A stretch of DNA of 64,000 nt from Octopus bimaculoides. Taxonomy: Eukaryota. The notes below the pieces were generated by a model. It was not told the DNA's origin and did no database searches. It saw only the letters and a list, made by a program, of their open reading frames with translations. The stretch's first letter is position 1. Every line of letters starts with the position of its first letter. Below are positions 1-12,570 of this stretch, piece by piece. Location: positions 48,959,187 through 49,023,186 of the forward strand of contig NC_068989.1 in NCBI RefSeq assembly GCF_001194135.2. Reading direction: 5' to 3'. Position numbers and translations under genes: made by a program.

Positions 1-330
1 TTGGCAGAGTTTCTACAGCTGGATGCCCTTCCTAACGCCAACCACTCAGAGAGTGTAGTGGGTGCTTTTACGTGTCACCCGCACGAAAACGGCCACGCTC
101 GAAATGGTGTCTTTTATGTGCCACCCGCACAAGCCAGTCCAGGGGCACTGGCAACGATCTCGCTCGAAAATCCTACGGGAGCCAGTCAGGCGGTACTGGC
201 AACGGCCACGCTCAAAATGGTGCATCTCATGTGCCACCTGCACAAGAACCAGTCCAGGGGCACTGGCAACGATCTTACTTGGCTTGCCGGGTCTTCTCAC
301 ACACAGCACATTTCCAAAGGTCTCACATAT
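1..330 (-). mobile_element. SINE/LINE-tail repeat (family D, ends in (GAT)n), young copy running off the window edge
   Basis: 1-95 is identical to 10503-10597. Internal subrepeat has a 113-bp period (GGCCACGCTC at 91 and 204). The same family recurs at 10.4, 23.8 and 50.5 kb. Confidence 0.8.
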
Positions 331-1006
331 GCATATATATATATACATACACGTACGTAAACATATAAACAGATGTAAACATATGCAAACATAAGTAAAC
401 ATATACACACACACATATATATATATATATTTATATATACTTATGTATACAGACACCCACACAAGCATCTATGTATGTAAGTGTGTATAGGTGTATGTAA
501 ATATATGTTTGTAGGTATGGGTGTGCGGATGTGTATGTGAGTGTATTGATTGAATGTATTGTGTATGTATTTGTGTGCATGGTTATATATATATGTGGAA
601 GTATGTGAGGGTGTATACAAGCGTATTGATTTAATAGGAATCTAACAAAAAAAAATATAATAAGATAAAATAAAATAAAATAAAATAATTCATTACATTA
701 AAACAAATCTGTTAAGAAAAAAAAAAAAGAAAGTGTAAGATTTGAAAACAAATATATAAATATCAAAACGAAAATTCTATTTTAAATATTGAGAACATTT
801 TCATGTGAAACACGAATACACATGGTTACATGGTTAAGGATAAAATGTAGAAGCAAAGACAGAGATAAATTGAAGTTAGGGAAACAAAATAAGAAGAGGA
901 AAGAAAATTAAAAAATATATATATATAACCCATAGCATACACACAACAAAGGCTGAAAACTTTCAAATCAAAGTTCACAAATTACTCTTCTTCTTGGCAC
1001 CGGTCA

Positions 1007-1175
1007 TTAGTCATAGATTTCTGCTAGAGATGGTAGTAAGTTGTAAGTTTTATGCTGACTGAAAGTGATGACCATGTTATTCCTGTGAGAGTCTGTGCAC
1101 ATCAAGCCAAAAGAAGATGTGGACAGTTGCCAGATCAATTTGCCAATAACTTGTGCCGTTTCCAGCATTGGCAAT
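1007..1175 (-). CDS. Weak candidate terminal exon (LPMLETAQVIGKLIWQLSTSSF...AEIYD*)
   Basis: 55 sense codons follow a pyrimidine tract with a weak AAG acceptor and end in TAA TGA. AQVIGKLIWQLSTS resembles GCPII AQVRGGMVFELANS (recalled from memory), which may be chance. Confidence 0.2.
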
Positions 1176-1229
1176 CTTTAAGGGCTTTTGAAGAAGCAAA
1201 AGTGGAAATGTAGGAGAAAAATAAATGCA

Positions 1230-1275
<46 letters not shown>

Positions 1276-1669
1276 GGAGAGAGAGAAAAGAAGAGTTCTT
1301 TAATGTGAAAGAAGGCTATGTATAAAGTATAAAAGTTTTCAATACTGTAACTGTAGTTTTTACAGCTTGGCAGATTTTGAATGAAACCACAAAAATGCGT
1401 GACTGAAAAATCCAAAAATTAATTAAGCAAAAGAAGAGAGAGAAAAGAGAATAGTAAGTTAATCTTTGTGATAATCTTAGTGACTCTACAGTGTGAAGGA
1501 TAGATCACTCAAATGCAAACACACATATAGATACTTATACTTCATCTCTTCGACTACTTATTCAAATCAATTTGAAATTTTGTTATTTCATAACCTGTCT
1601 GTGTGTTTATCATATCTCAAAAACGTAAAGTTAAGATCAAACAACACAAGAAACAACTTTGTTTAGTAA

Positions 1670-1886
1670 AGGTGGTGAGCTGGCAGAAACGTTAGCACGC
1701 CGGGCGAAATGCTTAGCAGTATTTCATCTGCCGTTATGTTCTGAGTTCAAATTCCGCTGAGGTCGACTTTGCCTTTCATTCTTTCGGGGTCGATAAATTA
1801 AGTATCAGTTATGCACTGGGGTCGATGTAATCGACTTAATCCCCCTTGTCTGTCCTTGTTTGTCCCCTTGTGGGCAATAAAGAAAT
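1670..1886 (+). mobile_element. Full-length tRNA-derived SINE (family A) with 22-bp target-site duplication
   Basis: A-box-like TGGCAGAAACGTTAG, B-box GAGTTCAAATTCC and retained CpGs. Flanked by a perfect direct repeat AAGAAACAACTTTGTTTAGTAA at 1648-1669 and 1887-1908. Confidence 0.85.
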
Positions 1887-3531
1887 AAGAAACAACTTTG
1901 TTTAGTAATATTTTAAAAAGAAATTGTGAATTTTTAAAACTTTTTTAATCTAATTTATTTATTTATTTGGACAGGCCAAAAGTTCAATTCATATAAACTC
2001 AGGATGCAAAGGGCTGGAACACACACTGCAAGGCATCTGTTCTGACATTCCTACAGTTCAACCAATCCACAGTCCATGGACTGGCATTTCTTTTTTAGTA
2101 TTAACCACAAAAGATAAAATGCAAAGTTGATTTTGGCAGGATTTGAACTCAAAGCTCAAACAATTGAAACAAATTGCATGAAACATTCTCTCTGAAATTC
2201 ATGTCTCTACCGATATCATCTAACAACATTCTCCTTTGTGAAGTTGTTCAAGAAATCTCAAATGACCCTATTGAGAAAGGAAAGAATAAATTGCTCTTAA
2301 ATAACTCTTACTTACCCCTAAATTAACTAAATATAGACATGGGGTAGGGATGGGTTAGTAGAGAAATTTCCTGTCTTCTTCATATAGAAAAAATACAAAA
2401 CAAAAAAGACATTTCTTTTTTGTTTTTTCTTTTGTCTATGTTGTATTTGTCAGTAATAAAATATCGATAAATTTACTCCAGCAAAAATAGTCAGCTAATC
2501 ATCAATTGTTTAATAATTAAATTATTTTACCAGACATTGGAGAGCAGTAAACTAGCCATTTTGGCTGATTTTCTCCCACATGAAAGATTGTGTCATGAAA
2601 CATTCATTTGTTTACTCCCTCTTCCTCCTTTCTGTCTGTCTGTCTGTCTTTTCCTCTCATACTCTTTCTTTATTATTAGATTTTTAAATCACAAATTTGA
2701 CCCATAGAGAAATTAATATCTAATTTACATCCTAATAACTTCCTATCCCAACTGAATAATTTGTCAACCTGTTAATTTTGGTTCTTAGTATTTCTTAAAA
2801 ATCTCTCAATAATTATTTGAAGATTAAATTGGAGAGAGAAAAAGAGAGAATGTGTGTGTGTGTACTGAAAAACATAGACATACAGCATACATCATATACG
2901 CATATATACATATATGTGTGTATGCATCATATACATATGTGTGTGTGTATATATATGCGAGTGTGTGTGTGTATGTATATATATGTGCATGTGTTTATGC
3001 ATAAATGCATGCACAGACATCTTACACACAGAAACATGCATGTGTGTTTGTATTCCTATTATTATTTTTCATTATCCTAAAACTCTTATTATTGCAAGAC
3101 CACACAATATGGAAATGGGTTTCAATTCTGAGTTGAAACTGTATTTTTGTTTTTTCTGTGTGTTTATATATGCATGCTTATGTGCATCAATGCTTATATA
3201 TTCTACACTCATCACTATTTGTTGATATTTCCTACTAACATTAAGAACAGTTGCTCTGTGCTTTTGAAAAAGTGTGCAATAAAGATACCTCTTACTTGAA
3301 AAGCAGGCAAGTGTTGGTAACAGGGAGAGCATCCAGCCATAAAATCTTTCCCCCAATAAATTTCCTTCTACATCCACTAATGTGGGGAAAACATGGATGT
3401 TAAATGACCGAATGAATAGGATTGGCCAAGTGAAAGATGTTTTTAGGGTCCACATTTGGGTTATCTCTATTTCCAGACTTTTATATTTTGAGAGCTTCTC
3501 TGTTTCTTGTAGAAATACATGGCAATTTGTT

Positions 3532-3580
<49 letters not shown>

Positions 3581-3624
3581 GGCAATCTAGCAGAATCATT
3601 AACACACTAGACAAAAGGCTTTGT

Positions 3625-4020
3625 GATATTTTGTCTGTCTTTACATTCTGTGTTCAAATGTTAGAGGTCAACTTAGCCTTTTACCCTTTCAGGATTTATT
3701 AAAATAATTATCAGTTGAACACTGGGATCGATGTAATCAATTTACCTCATCCCCAAAGTTGCTGGCCTTGTACCAATAATAATAATTATTATTACTATTA
3801 CTATCATTATTATTATTATGAATATAGCGAGCTAGCAGAATTGTTAGCAAGTTAGGCAAAAATGCTTAGTGGTATTTTGTTCGTCTTTACATTCTGAGTT
3901 CAAATTCTGCCAAGGTCTTTGACCCTTTTAAAGTCGATAGAATAAGTACCAGTTGAGTACTGAGGTCAATGTAATCAACTAGCCCCCTTCCACCAAATTT
4001 CAGGCCCCAGGCCTAAAGTA
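3625..4020 (+). mobile_element. Two degenerate family-A SINE copies joined by an (ATT)n tail
   Basis: Similar to 1670-1886 (TTCTGAGTTCAAAT, GATAGAATAAGTACCAG, GATGTAATC blocks). Confidence 0.7.
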
Positions 4021-4370
4021 CAGGGGTTCTCAAACATTTTTTTTACCTATGTAGCCCTTTGATTACTACTTTATTCTGGTGCACCCCCATAGCCTCTTGA
4101 TGTTTAAAAACTAGTTCTATAGATACTTCTTTCAAAATTCCTGTTTCATTTTATGCACATTAACTTGTGTAGGTCAAACTATGTAAAACGTTAGAGAAAG
4201 AATCCTAGCTGTTTCTTGCAATACATACCAGTACATACAGCTAAAGCAAATTTTTTTCAGAAGCCCTTAAAATACTAATGTAGATCCCAAATTCACTATT
4301 TTTTTGCATGGACCCCCCCTCAAAAATCTTACATGGACCCTCAGGGGCCATATGGGCCCTGATTGAGAAC
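4021..4370. mobile_element. hAT-like MITE inserted into a SINE tail
   Basis: Left end CAGGGGTTCTCAAAC; right end ...TTGAGAAC is a truncated TIR. 8-bp flanks CTAAAGTA/CTATAGTA. The SINE tail resumes after it. Confidence 0.6.
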
Positions 4371-4481
4371 TATAGTAGAATTGATTACTGTTATTATTAG
4401 GTTTCACATATATAGACAGAAGTCTAAATAACTGTAAAATTAATGTTCAAGTGATAGTAAAGGGATAAATTCAAGTCTTAC

Positions 4482-4650
4482 TGGTATTGCTATAGACAAG
4501 CTGTGTGCTGGGGCAAGGTCCATATAAAATCTAGCCTGGATCATAAACATGTTCCACTGATCAACCACAGAATAAGTATCAGCTGTAGGAAAGGTTTCCA
4601 GTTGATTCGAGATACAAATGTAAACATTTGTGAAACCAATGTAAATTATT
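4482..4650 (-). CDS. Candidate internal exon (IIYIGFTNVYICISNQLETFPTADTYSVVDQWNMFMIQARFYMDLAPAHSLSIAIP)
   Basis: Acceptor TTCTACTTTAG|A and donor CCA|GTAAGA; 169 nt with one open frame (phase 2 to 0). Same strand as the 9.2-kb exon but not directly phase-compatible with it. Confidence 0.35.
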
Positions 4651-7600
4651 CTAAAGTAGAACATGGTTATAAAGCAGTGAGCAGAATGGTTAAATAAATT
4701 ATGAAAAAGAGAGAAATTACTGAGCTAGATATAAAATATATGCATCTGTATGTGTACAGACATGCACACAAATTCTGTCATGGAGATGCAGAATTTAATA
4801 TGAATATCATCAATCTTTAAACTTGGATGGCAATCCCTGCAACCATTTTCAAGGATGGCAGTCCCTGCTACATTTCTTGTCAAACTAAGCTAATTAACAT
4901 TTAATTTTCTCAGAAAAAAAATGAATTTAGAACCACAGCCATGAGGATATCATCCAAATATTTCTCCTGAAACTGATACCTATATTTTAAATATGGTTTA
5001 ATTTAATATATAGATATACTGACATATGAAAAAATCTTACAGCGTACATGTCATGCCAGTGGCAAAATACCAGCAAATCTAAATGAATCATTTTTGTATA
5101 AAATATTTGCTTACGATGATTTTGGATTTTATAATATAAATTTTCTTATAATAATTTTTGAAATTATTAAACTTGAAAAAAAAAAAATTTAAATAATGAA
5201 ACAAATTTTGGTGATCTCATTAGAAACCAGTGTTTAAATTTTGACATGTGCAAATAACAAAACAAGGATTGAACAGAAGTGAGTGTTGCATATGAATCAA
5301 ACCTATTAGAGCAACATGGAAAATATAAATAAGAAATGAAAAATATGAAATAAAAAATAACCAAATAGAATTTAATCAATATTTATTGAAATTGTTGATA
5401 ATAACTTTTTTTTTTCAAGGGTAGCTTTAATCATTTCTGATTTAGCTAGTTTCTCTTCTGTAAGATATTGAAGTTTCCTTACATAATTTTTTTTATTATT
5501 TGAAGTATTAATAACGAACACACATTCCTTATGGCGAAATTCATTCCATGACTGCCAGCTTAAAGTTTATTAGCTACCACAAATAGCTTCATATGATGGA
5601 ACTAATTTTTCTTATAGCAAAGATCCTAAACTAGTCTTCTAACTAAGAGAATGTTAGCTGTTAGGAGATGTGTTGATATGGTATCACACAGTGCATAAAG
5701 AAACAAAATTACTATAACAGATAAATTTTATAGTGTGAGTGTGTATGCATAATTTATTACTGCATATTGTCATTATATTATAGTTAGTATGGGGGTTTAG
5801 AAATTCATGGCTAGTGTGTCCAATCTGCTATAAAACCACTGAAAGTAAGGCAATCCTCAGTTCTTTTTAAAAGCATGTCTCTAGGAGAAAAGCACTATTG
5901 TGTCTACAGCTACATGAGTGGTATAACTGGGTAGGTGATCTGGATTTGACAGTTTTGGAAAGCTACCAGACAAGGAGAGGAACAAATTGGCACAAACCTT
6001 CACTGCTTGGTCAATCCTGTCAGCAGAGACTCAATGACAGTATTTGTCTCAAAGAAACCACAAAGAGACAATGAACGGAGACCATGTAAGGTGAAGAATG
6101 GTGGTTGTGTCTTTAATTCACATTATAATGATTCTTAAAAGAATTTGGAGGAAAACTGTTTTTATAACAGTAAGAAGAAAATTCATTTGTCTCCATTCTT
6201 CTTCAAAAGACAATTTATGAAAGGGGTATAAGAATCACATTACCTGAGAAGCTTTATTGTGATGAAACTAGTAGTTGTAACATAATGGTAAAATACAGTT
6301 GTTAATAAAATATATGCTGTACTTAAAATTTGGCACTGATTTCTCTTGCTTAATATTGCTTTTATTCATAAAGCCTTGTTGTCATATTAATACCAGACAG
6401 AATTTGTTGAGATAGATTGTCTATGATTGTATACCCTTCCTGTTGTCAACCTTTGCTTCATTTCAAGCAAGATAAATATTTCCTCATGACTAGACATGTT
6501 TTCATGGAAGACTGGAAATAAACTGCACTACTTGTTTAGTCTAACCCATGCCAGCATGGAAAACAGACATTAAAAGATGTATAACAGTGGTGCTTGTTTA
6601 CAACTATCACATAATATCAAGGCACAGATACACAAGCATATGTATATATACAATGGATTTCTTTCAGATTATATCTACCAAATCCATTCACAAGGCTTTG
6701 TTTACCTGTAGCTATAGTAGAAGACACACGCTTAAGGTGTCGTGCAGTGGGACTGAATAGGAAACAGTGTGGCTTGGAAGTAGACTTCTTAACCACATAC
6801 TCATCCTATACACACACACACAAACACACACATATATGAAACAGAGGATATATTTATATATTTGCATGTATTGAAGATAGTTAAACTATAACAGCTTATG
6901 TGGACTCCAGATTAACATATTTCTCAAAAGATAGTCAAGTGAAATAAGAATATTGACCAGTAATATTGTCCTCAGTATTACTACTTGCACAGAAATGTCT
7001 CCAGTTTCTCAGCAGGCTGGTTTGTACAATTTCAATTAACTTAGCAGCTATGTAACTTAATTGTGTTGAACATTTTATCCAGTCATCTAACAGGTTACTT
7101 GGAATGACATATTGAAAATGTAGTCTAATGAAATAGATTCAAGTACTCCAATATCTACCTCTAATGTACCCTTGTCACCAAATACGTTAGTAAGTACAGA
7201 AGAATCTAGTAAGAGAAATATATCTCAGTCAGCGAGGAGCCTAGTGAATAGAATAAAATTCAATAAAACAAAGACACTTTCATTGATAACCTCCCAGTCA
7301 TAGGAAGCACTTTCGTTTTATTATAAAATATTAGAAATGACAGGCATCTACTTTTAAGAAAATGAAATAAACCCAGACTTGTGTTTGCGATTTATATACA
7401 AACACTCAAAAGTCATTCAACTGTTAGTAGTGCATATGAATGTAAGTGTGCTACCATTGTACCCCACAGAATAAATAATAGCACATGGCACTATCACTTG
7501 CAATTTTGGAAGAGTGCATACACTATAGTGAATGAATTTATATGAAATTTCAGGTCCTAAAAAATGAGTCAAATTAAACATCACCTACATTAATTCTACA

Positions 7601-7904
7601 TATGTTTAAATCTTTCAGTTCAAAATTTACTACAGGTGCCAGGATGGCAATTACAAAACCATTAAAGAGTAACAAACTACATCAGATCTATGATTGTAAT
7701 TGCATATAAGTTATGACACTTGTGGTTCTCAAAGTATGCCAGTACTATGATGTCTAGAAATACTGAACAGCTGAGCTATAGTTCTTTTCACAACTTCACT
7801 AGTGAAATTCAAAGAGTATGGAGATTAATATTTGACACTGGCTTGGTGGTAGAAAAAATAATAAAGAAATAAAATAGTCAAAATAAGTGTGTCAGTAGTT
7901 GAAC

Positions 7905-8880
7905 TCTTGATTTTCTGTCAAGGTTCACTCATTAGGCTTTGCTATTTTTCCAATGAGTTCAAATCTTACCATGGTCAACTTAGCCTTCCATTTCTCTGAG
8001 GTCAATAAAATAAAGTGCCCACCAAATAGTGGGGATAATATAATCAACTGTACTCCTCCATCTGAATTTCTAGTCATCTGCCTATTTTAGATACAATTAT
8101 TATTATTATTATTATTATTATTACTTAGTGTATCTAAGGTAGCAAGCCGGCAGAGGTTAGCATGCTGGGCAAAATGCTTAGCAGCATTTCGTTCTACATT
8201 AAGGTCGATTTTGCTTTTCATCCTTTTGGGGTCAATAAAATGAATCCTAGCTATGTACTGAGGTTGATAAAATTGACTAGCCCTTTCCCCAAAATTGTAC
8301 CTTTAGTAAAATGGATTATTACTTATTGTATCGGGAAAATGTTTAGTAGTATTTCTTCTGGCTTTTTACAGTCGTAGTTCAAATCCCACAGAGGTCAACA
8401 TTGTCTTACAACCTTCCATGGTCAATAAAATGAAGTACTGGTCAAGCATTGGCATTGATGTAATTGACTTGCATTTCTCCTCAAAACTACTGCCCTTGTG
8501 GCAAAATTTGAAACCATTATTATAATTATGAATATTATTAAGACAGAGAATTGGCAGAATTGTTAGCACACCAAGCAAAATGCTTAGCAGCATTTGGTCT
8601 GTCCTTACGTTCTGAATTCAAGGTTGATAAATTAAGTACCAGTGAAACACAGGGGTTGATGTAATCAACTTGTTCCCTCCCACCAAATTTCAGGTCTTGT
8701 ATCTTTAGTAGAGAGGATTATTATTATTATTATTATTATTATACAAATTCCACCAAGGTCAACTTTGCCTTTCATCCCTTCGGGGTTGATAAATTCAGTA
8801 CCAGTTAAACAATGGAGTCACTGTACTTGATTAGTTCCCTCCCATTAATTTCAGACCTTGTGCCTACAGTAGAAAGGATC
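7905..8880 (+). mobile_element. Head-to-tail cluster of about 5 family-A SINEs
   Basis: Repeated GGCAGAA..GTTAGCA / GTTCAAAT / AAGTACCAG / GATGTAATC blocks, several separated by (ATT)n or (CAT)n tracts. Confidence 0.75.
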
Positions 8881-9177
8881 ATCATCATCATCACCATGAC
8901 CATGACCATCATGACCATGACCATGACCATGACCATGACCATCATCATCATCTAAATTGCTGTAACACAGATGATTGGTCTGATTAGCTTATGATAAATT
9001 TTAGAAGATGACATCTTACTTCTCTTGAGGGCTTCTTTAACAATGGTTTCCTTTTTTTTTTTTTTTTTTTTTGCCTCCAACCAGATTACTAACAAGAAGT
9101 GATAAATATCTGAAATAACCAATGAACATCAATATAGAAATTTACAACTAATATTATAATATATTTTGGTTTCTTAC

Positions 9178-9447
9178 CTGTGGTGTCTGGGGTTCACATT
9201 TTGCAGCTGGTGCAATAAAATGTTCGTGTACATTCCGGCGTATTATGTATCCAACAATTAATCCAACACAAAAGAGAACAAAGACCAGTAAAATTCGTAG
9301 CACAAGGCCTTTCCGTCCACTAAAACACTCATTTAACCACTTACAGCGGTTGTCTCCTTCAAGGCTACGATAGTCTATATCGATGTTGTCAGTGTCAGCT
9401 TCCCACCTTGTCAAAGCTTTGCCAGCTATGTAACCACCAGAGGGCAT
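9178..9447 (-). CDS. First coding exon of a type II single-pass membrane protein (90 aa); possibly M28B family (NAALADase/GCPII/transferrin-receptor-like)
   Basis: Acceptor TTTATTGCAG|G directly before ATG (exon starts 9448) and donor CAG|GTAAGA in phase 0. The peptide MPSGGYIAGKALTRWEADTDNIDIDYRSL... has a basic RK, a hydrophobic span LVLRILLVFVLFCVGLIVGYII and then RR. YRSL is a YxxPhi motif. The family assignment is inference only. Confidence 0.8.
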
Positions 9448-9809
9448 CCTGCAATAAAGTAATAAAATTAATTAGAATTAAATTAAACATCCAAGCCATG
9501 AAGGAAACAAATAATTACAGCAGCTAAAATAATAAAGCAATCAAGTTAAATCAAAAGAGCTGCTTGGTTTTTCCTTCAGCTCAACATAGTATCAAAGTTC
9601 CTTCATGTTTATAGCCAACTTCGAAATGGGAAACAAGTTTGAAGTTATTACATTTTAGGATAGCTTACTACAGGAGATAAATTGGTTAGAAAACTGATCA
9701 CTGAAACCAGAATAGCAGACGCTTCATACATGCATATCTTTAGTACTGTGAATTACACTAAAGTATCTGGCTACTTGCATGAAATAAGTCTATTCAAACA
9801 GAGCTGGGA

Positions 9810-10010
9810 TTAACCCTTTAGCATTCAGATTTCTCTTTCAAATGTAATGCTTATTTATTCACATTGATTTGAATTAGCCATGCATTAGCTTGCAACTTTG
9901 ACATGATTATTTATTTTTTATAATAATATTGTGGGGTAAATGTGAGAGGCTTGGATCTGGCCAGTTTCAAAATAAAACAGGTAGATTATTTTGGCTGGAT
10001 ATGGCTGGTA
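9810..10010. mobile_element. piggyBac-like MITE, right end truncated
   Basis: Starts TTAACCCTTTAG; internally similar to 47451-47678. Confidence 0.5.
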
Positions 10011-10389
10011 AAATTTTTTGTTTGTTTTTATTTTTTAATAGCTTGCCTATGAAAAAAAAAAGACAATCAATACCAAAGTAAGTCATCTCCACAGACTATG
10101 AATCCACAAACACATTCCACTTTACAAGAATGAAGGACAACGCAGAATAACGAAACTAAGATATAAGAAATTCACAATTGAGCAAAGCAAATGTGTTTCC
10201 ATCATCAGCTGCTATGCAATATATCTTGTGTGTACAGTTATGATCTGTTGTGGTTCAGCATCCAGTGGTACTTGGAACATCCACTGCAGTGGCTGTTAAT
10301 AGCTTCAATGATGAAATGTTCACAGGGAATAAATGATTGTAAAACTTGTATTTGTCATAGTTTCTCACATACACACACACACACACATA

Positions 10390-10716
10390 TCATCATCATC
10401 ATCATCATCATCGTTTAACGTCCGCTTTCCATGCTAGCATGGGTTGGACGATTTGACTGAGGACTGGTGAAACCGGATGGCAACACCAGGCTCCAATCTA
10501 ATTTGGCAGAGTTTCTACAGCTGGATGCCCTTCCTAACGCCAACCACTCAGAGAGTGTAGTGGGTGCTTTTACGTGTCACCCGCACGAAAACGGCCANNN
10601 NNNNNNNGGTGCATCTCATGTGCCACCCGCACAAGAGCCAGTCCAGGGGCACTGGCAACGATCTTACTTGGCTTGCCGGGTCTTCTCACGCACAGCACAT
10701 TTCCAAAGGTCTCGGT

Positions 10717-10720
<4 letters not shown>
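10390..10720 (-). mobile_element. Family-D SINE/LINE-tail repeat, young copy
   Basis: (CAT)n tail at the left end, near-identity to 1-330, and a 10-N gap at the position of the internal subrepeat. Confidence 0.8.
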
Positions 10721-10754
<34 letters not shown>

Positions 10755-10756
<2 letters not shown>

Positions 10757-10935
10757 ATCTGCCACAGCAGAATTGATGCCTGTGCTGTTGCATTAGGAAG
10801 GGCATCCAGCCATAGAAACCATAGCAGAACAGACTATAGACTATGGAGTGGCCCCTGGCTTTACCAACTCCAGTCAAACAGTCCAACCTATGCCAGCATA
10901 GAAATCAGATGTTAAATGATGAAGATGATGATGAT
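10755..10935 (+). mobile_element. Older family-D copy in the opposite orientation
   Basis: TAGGAAGGGCATCCAGC...CCAACCTATGCCAGCAT...GTTAAATGATGAAGATGATG is reverse-complement similar to 10390-10560. Confidence 0.65.
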
Positions 10936-11459
10936 AATAGACAGGGAATTATAGTCCCTGTGACATTTTTCAGGGCTTCTGAAACTGATAAAAGCAAAGA
11001 CAAAACTAATCCTCTCACCAGCAACCTGGCCCAGGTAGTAAAAACAGTAGTGGTTTCTTCTGAAAACACCCAAATGCTTGTGTTAAACTGAGAAATGGAT
11101 TAGGTATGCAATCCGAAGACAAGAACGATACTTCTTCAAACCTTCTTTCACACATTTTCTACCAATATTTCAGTGATTTGATTTTGGTCAACCTACATTG
11201 TTATCATCACCATTTTAACTATCACAAACATTTCTCATGTATTTCTTCTTTTTATAGTTATATTTTTCTCCATGACTATATGCACCAACTAATTAATGTT
11301 TGCCAATTGTATAATATTGTACTGTATTGTGAAAATTTTAATAATTTTACAATATTTGTTTGCAGCAAATAAAGAATTATTAATCATTACAACTATTAAA
11401 CAAATCATTAATATTAATGAATAAAGAAATTCCTTTTCTTCTTATGATTATTATCATCA

Positions 11460-11655
11460 TAGTCTGCTGGACGAAATGCTTATCCGTATTTCACCCATTG
11501 CTACATTCTGAGTTCAAATTCTGCCAAGGTCCACTTTGCCATTTACCCTTTCGGGGTTGATAAAAATAAGTACCAGTTACTCACTGGGGTTAATGTAATC
11601 AACTAGCCCCCTCTCCCCAAAATTTCAGGCCTTGTGCCTATAGTAGAAAATATTA
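11460..11655 (+). mobile_element. Family-A SINE, 5'-degraded
   Basis: TTCTGAGTTCAAATT, CCTTTCGGGGTTGATAAAA, AAGTACCAG and TTTCAGGCCTTGTGCC blocks. Confidence 0.7.
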
Positions 11656-12174
11656 TTATTATTGTCATAAATTCAGTGTGATTCACAGTATTACATACAT
11701 CTGTTGAATCATCGAGCAACTCATTTCTACAGCTGAGTGAACTGGAGCAATGTGAAATAAAGTGTCTCGCTCAAGAACACAACTCACAGCTCAGTTGGGG
11801 AATCAAACTCACTACCTCATGATTGTGAGCCTGACATTCTAACCATCTCTATCATTAATAACATGTTGAAAGCTTTCCAGTTTTTAGCTTTGTTCTTTTA
11901 GGTTATGAGTTCAAATCACATCAAAATTAACATTGCAGTTCATCACTCAAAAATCAATAAAGTTGATTTCCATTAACTCTACTCTTTCCCCATTACACTC
12001 GATGCCTTCCAGCACCAAGATGTCCCATTCTGTATTTATGGTATCTACTTTCATTAAGGGGATGACTCCTTGCTAAAACAAGAAATCTATAACTTTATTC
12101 TAATTTTTCCAAAGGTTTCTTTTAGTCATTTAGACTTGTTTTTTGCTTTAGTTGTTTTATCTTATATTTATTTC

Positions 12175-12372
12175 AGTAATTAGACTGTGGCCATGCTGGA
12201 GTACCACCTTGAAGAATTTTAAACAAATGAATCGACCACAGTACTTCTTTTTTTTTAAAGCCAAGTACTTATTCTAACAGTCTCTTTTGCCAAACTGCTA
12301 AGTTACGAGGATGTAAACAAACACACTCTGATTGTCAGGTGGGGGTGAGGAACAGATATGGACATACACACA

Positions 12373-12442
<70 letters not shown>

Positions 12443-12570
12443 GGGCTTCTTTCAGTTTCTATCTATCAAATACACTCACAAGGTTTTGGTCAGCCTGAAG
12501 CTATAGTAGAAGACACTTGCCTGAGGTGCCACACTATGGGACTTCTTACCACACAGCCATGCTTGCACCT
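12175..12570 (-). mobile_element. Bipartite tRNA-headed SINE (family B/C) with a central (TA)n tract
   Basis: On the minus strand: head GCATGGCTGTGTGGTAAGAA, then CTCAGGCAAGTGTCTT (CORE-like), a microsatellite, and a 3' part shared with the 24.3, 25.2, 28.9 and 39.1 kb copies. Confidence 0.75.

Noticed and set aside
1-468. Overlapping 98-140 aa ORFs on both strands (also 10467-10915)
   Set aside because: They lie in GC-rich family-D repeats and run into microsatellites; there are no splice signals or protein-like features.
2210-2270. Strong minus-strand acceptor giving GHLRFLEQLHKGECC*
   Set aside because: It stops after 15 codons and has no donor or other support.
6930-7230. Two overlapping minus-strand open frames (SSVLTNVFGDKGTLEV...; LHFQYVIPSNLLDDWIKC...)
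   Set aside because: Mutually incompatible frames, mediocre donors and phases that do not match the 9178 exon; such frames are expected by chance.
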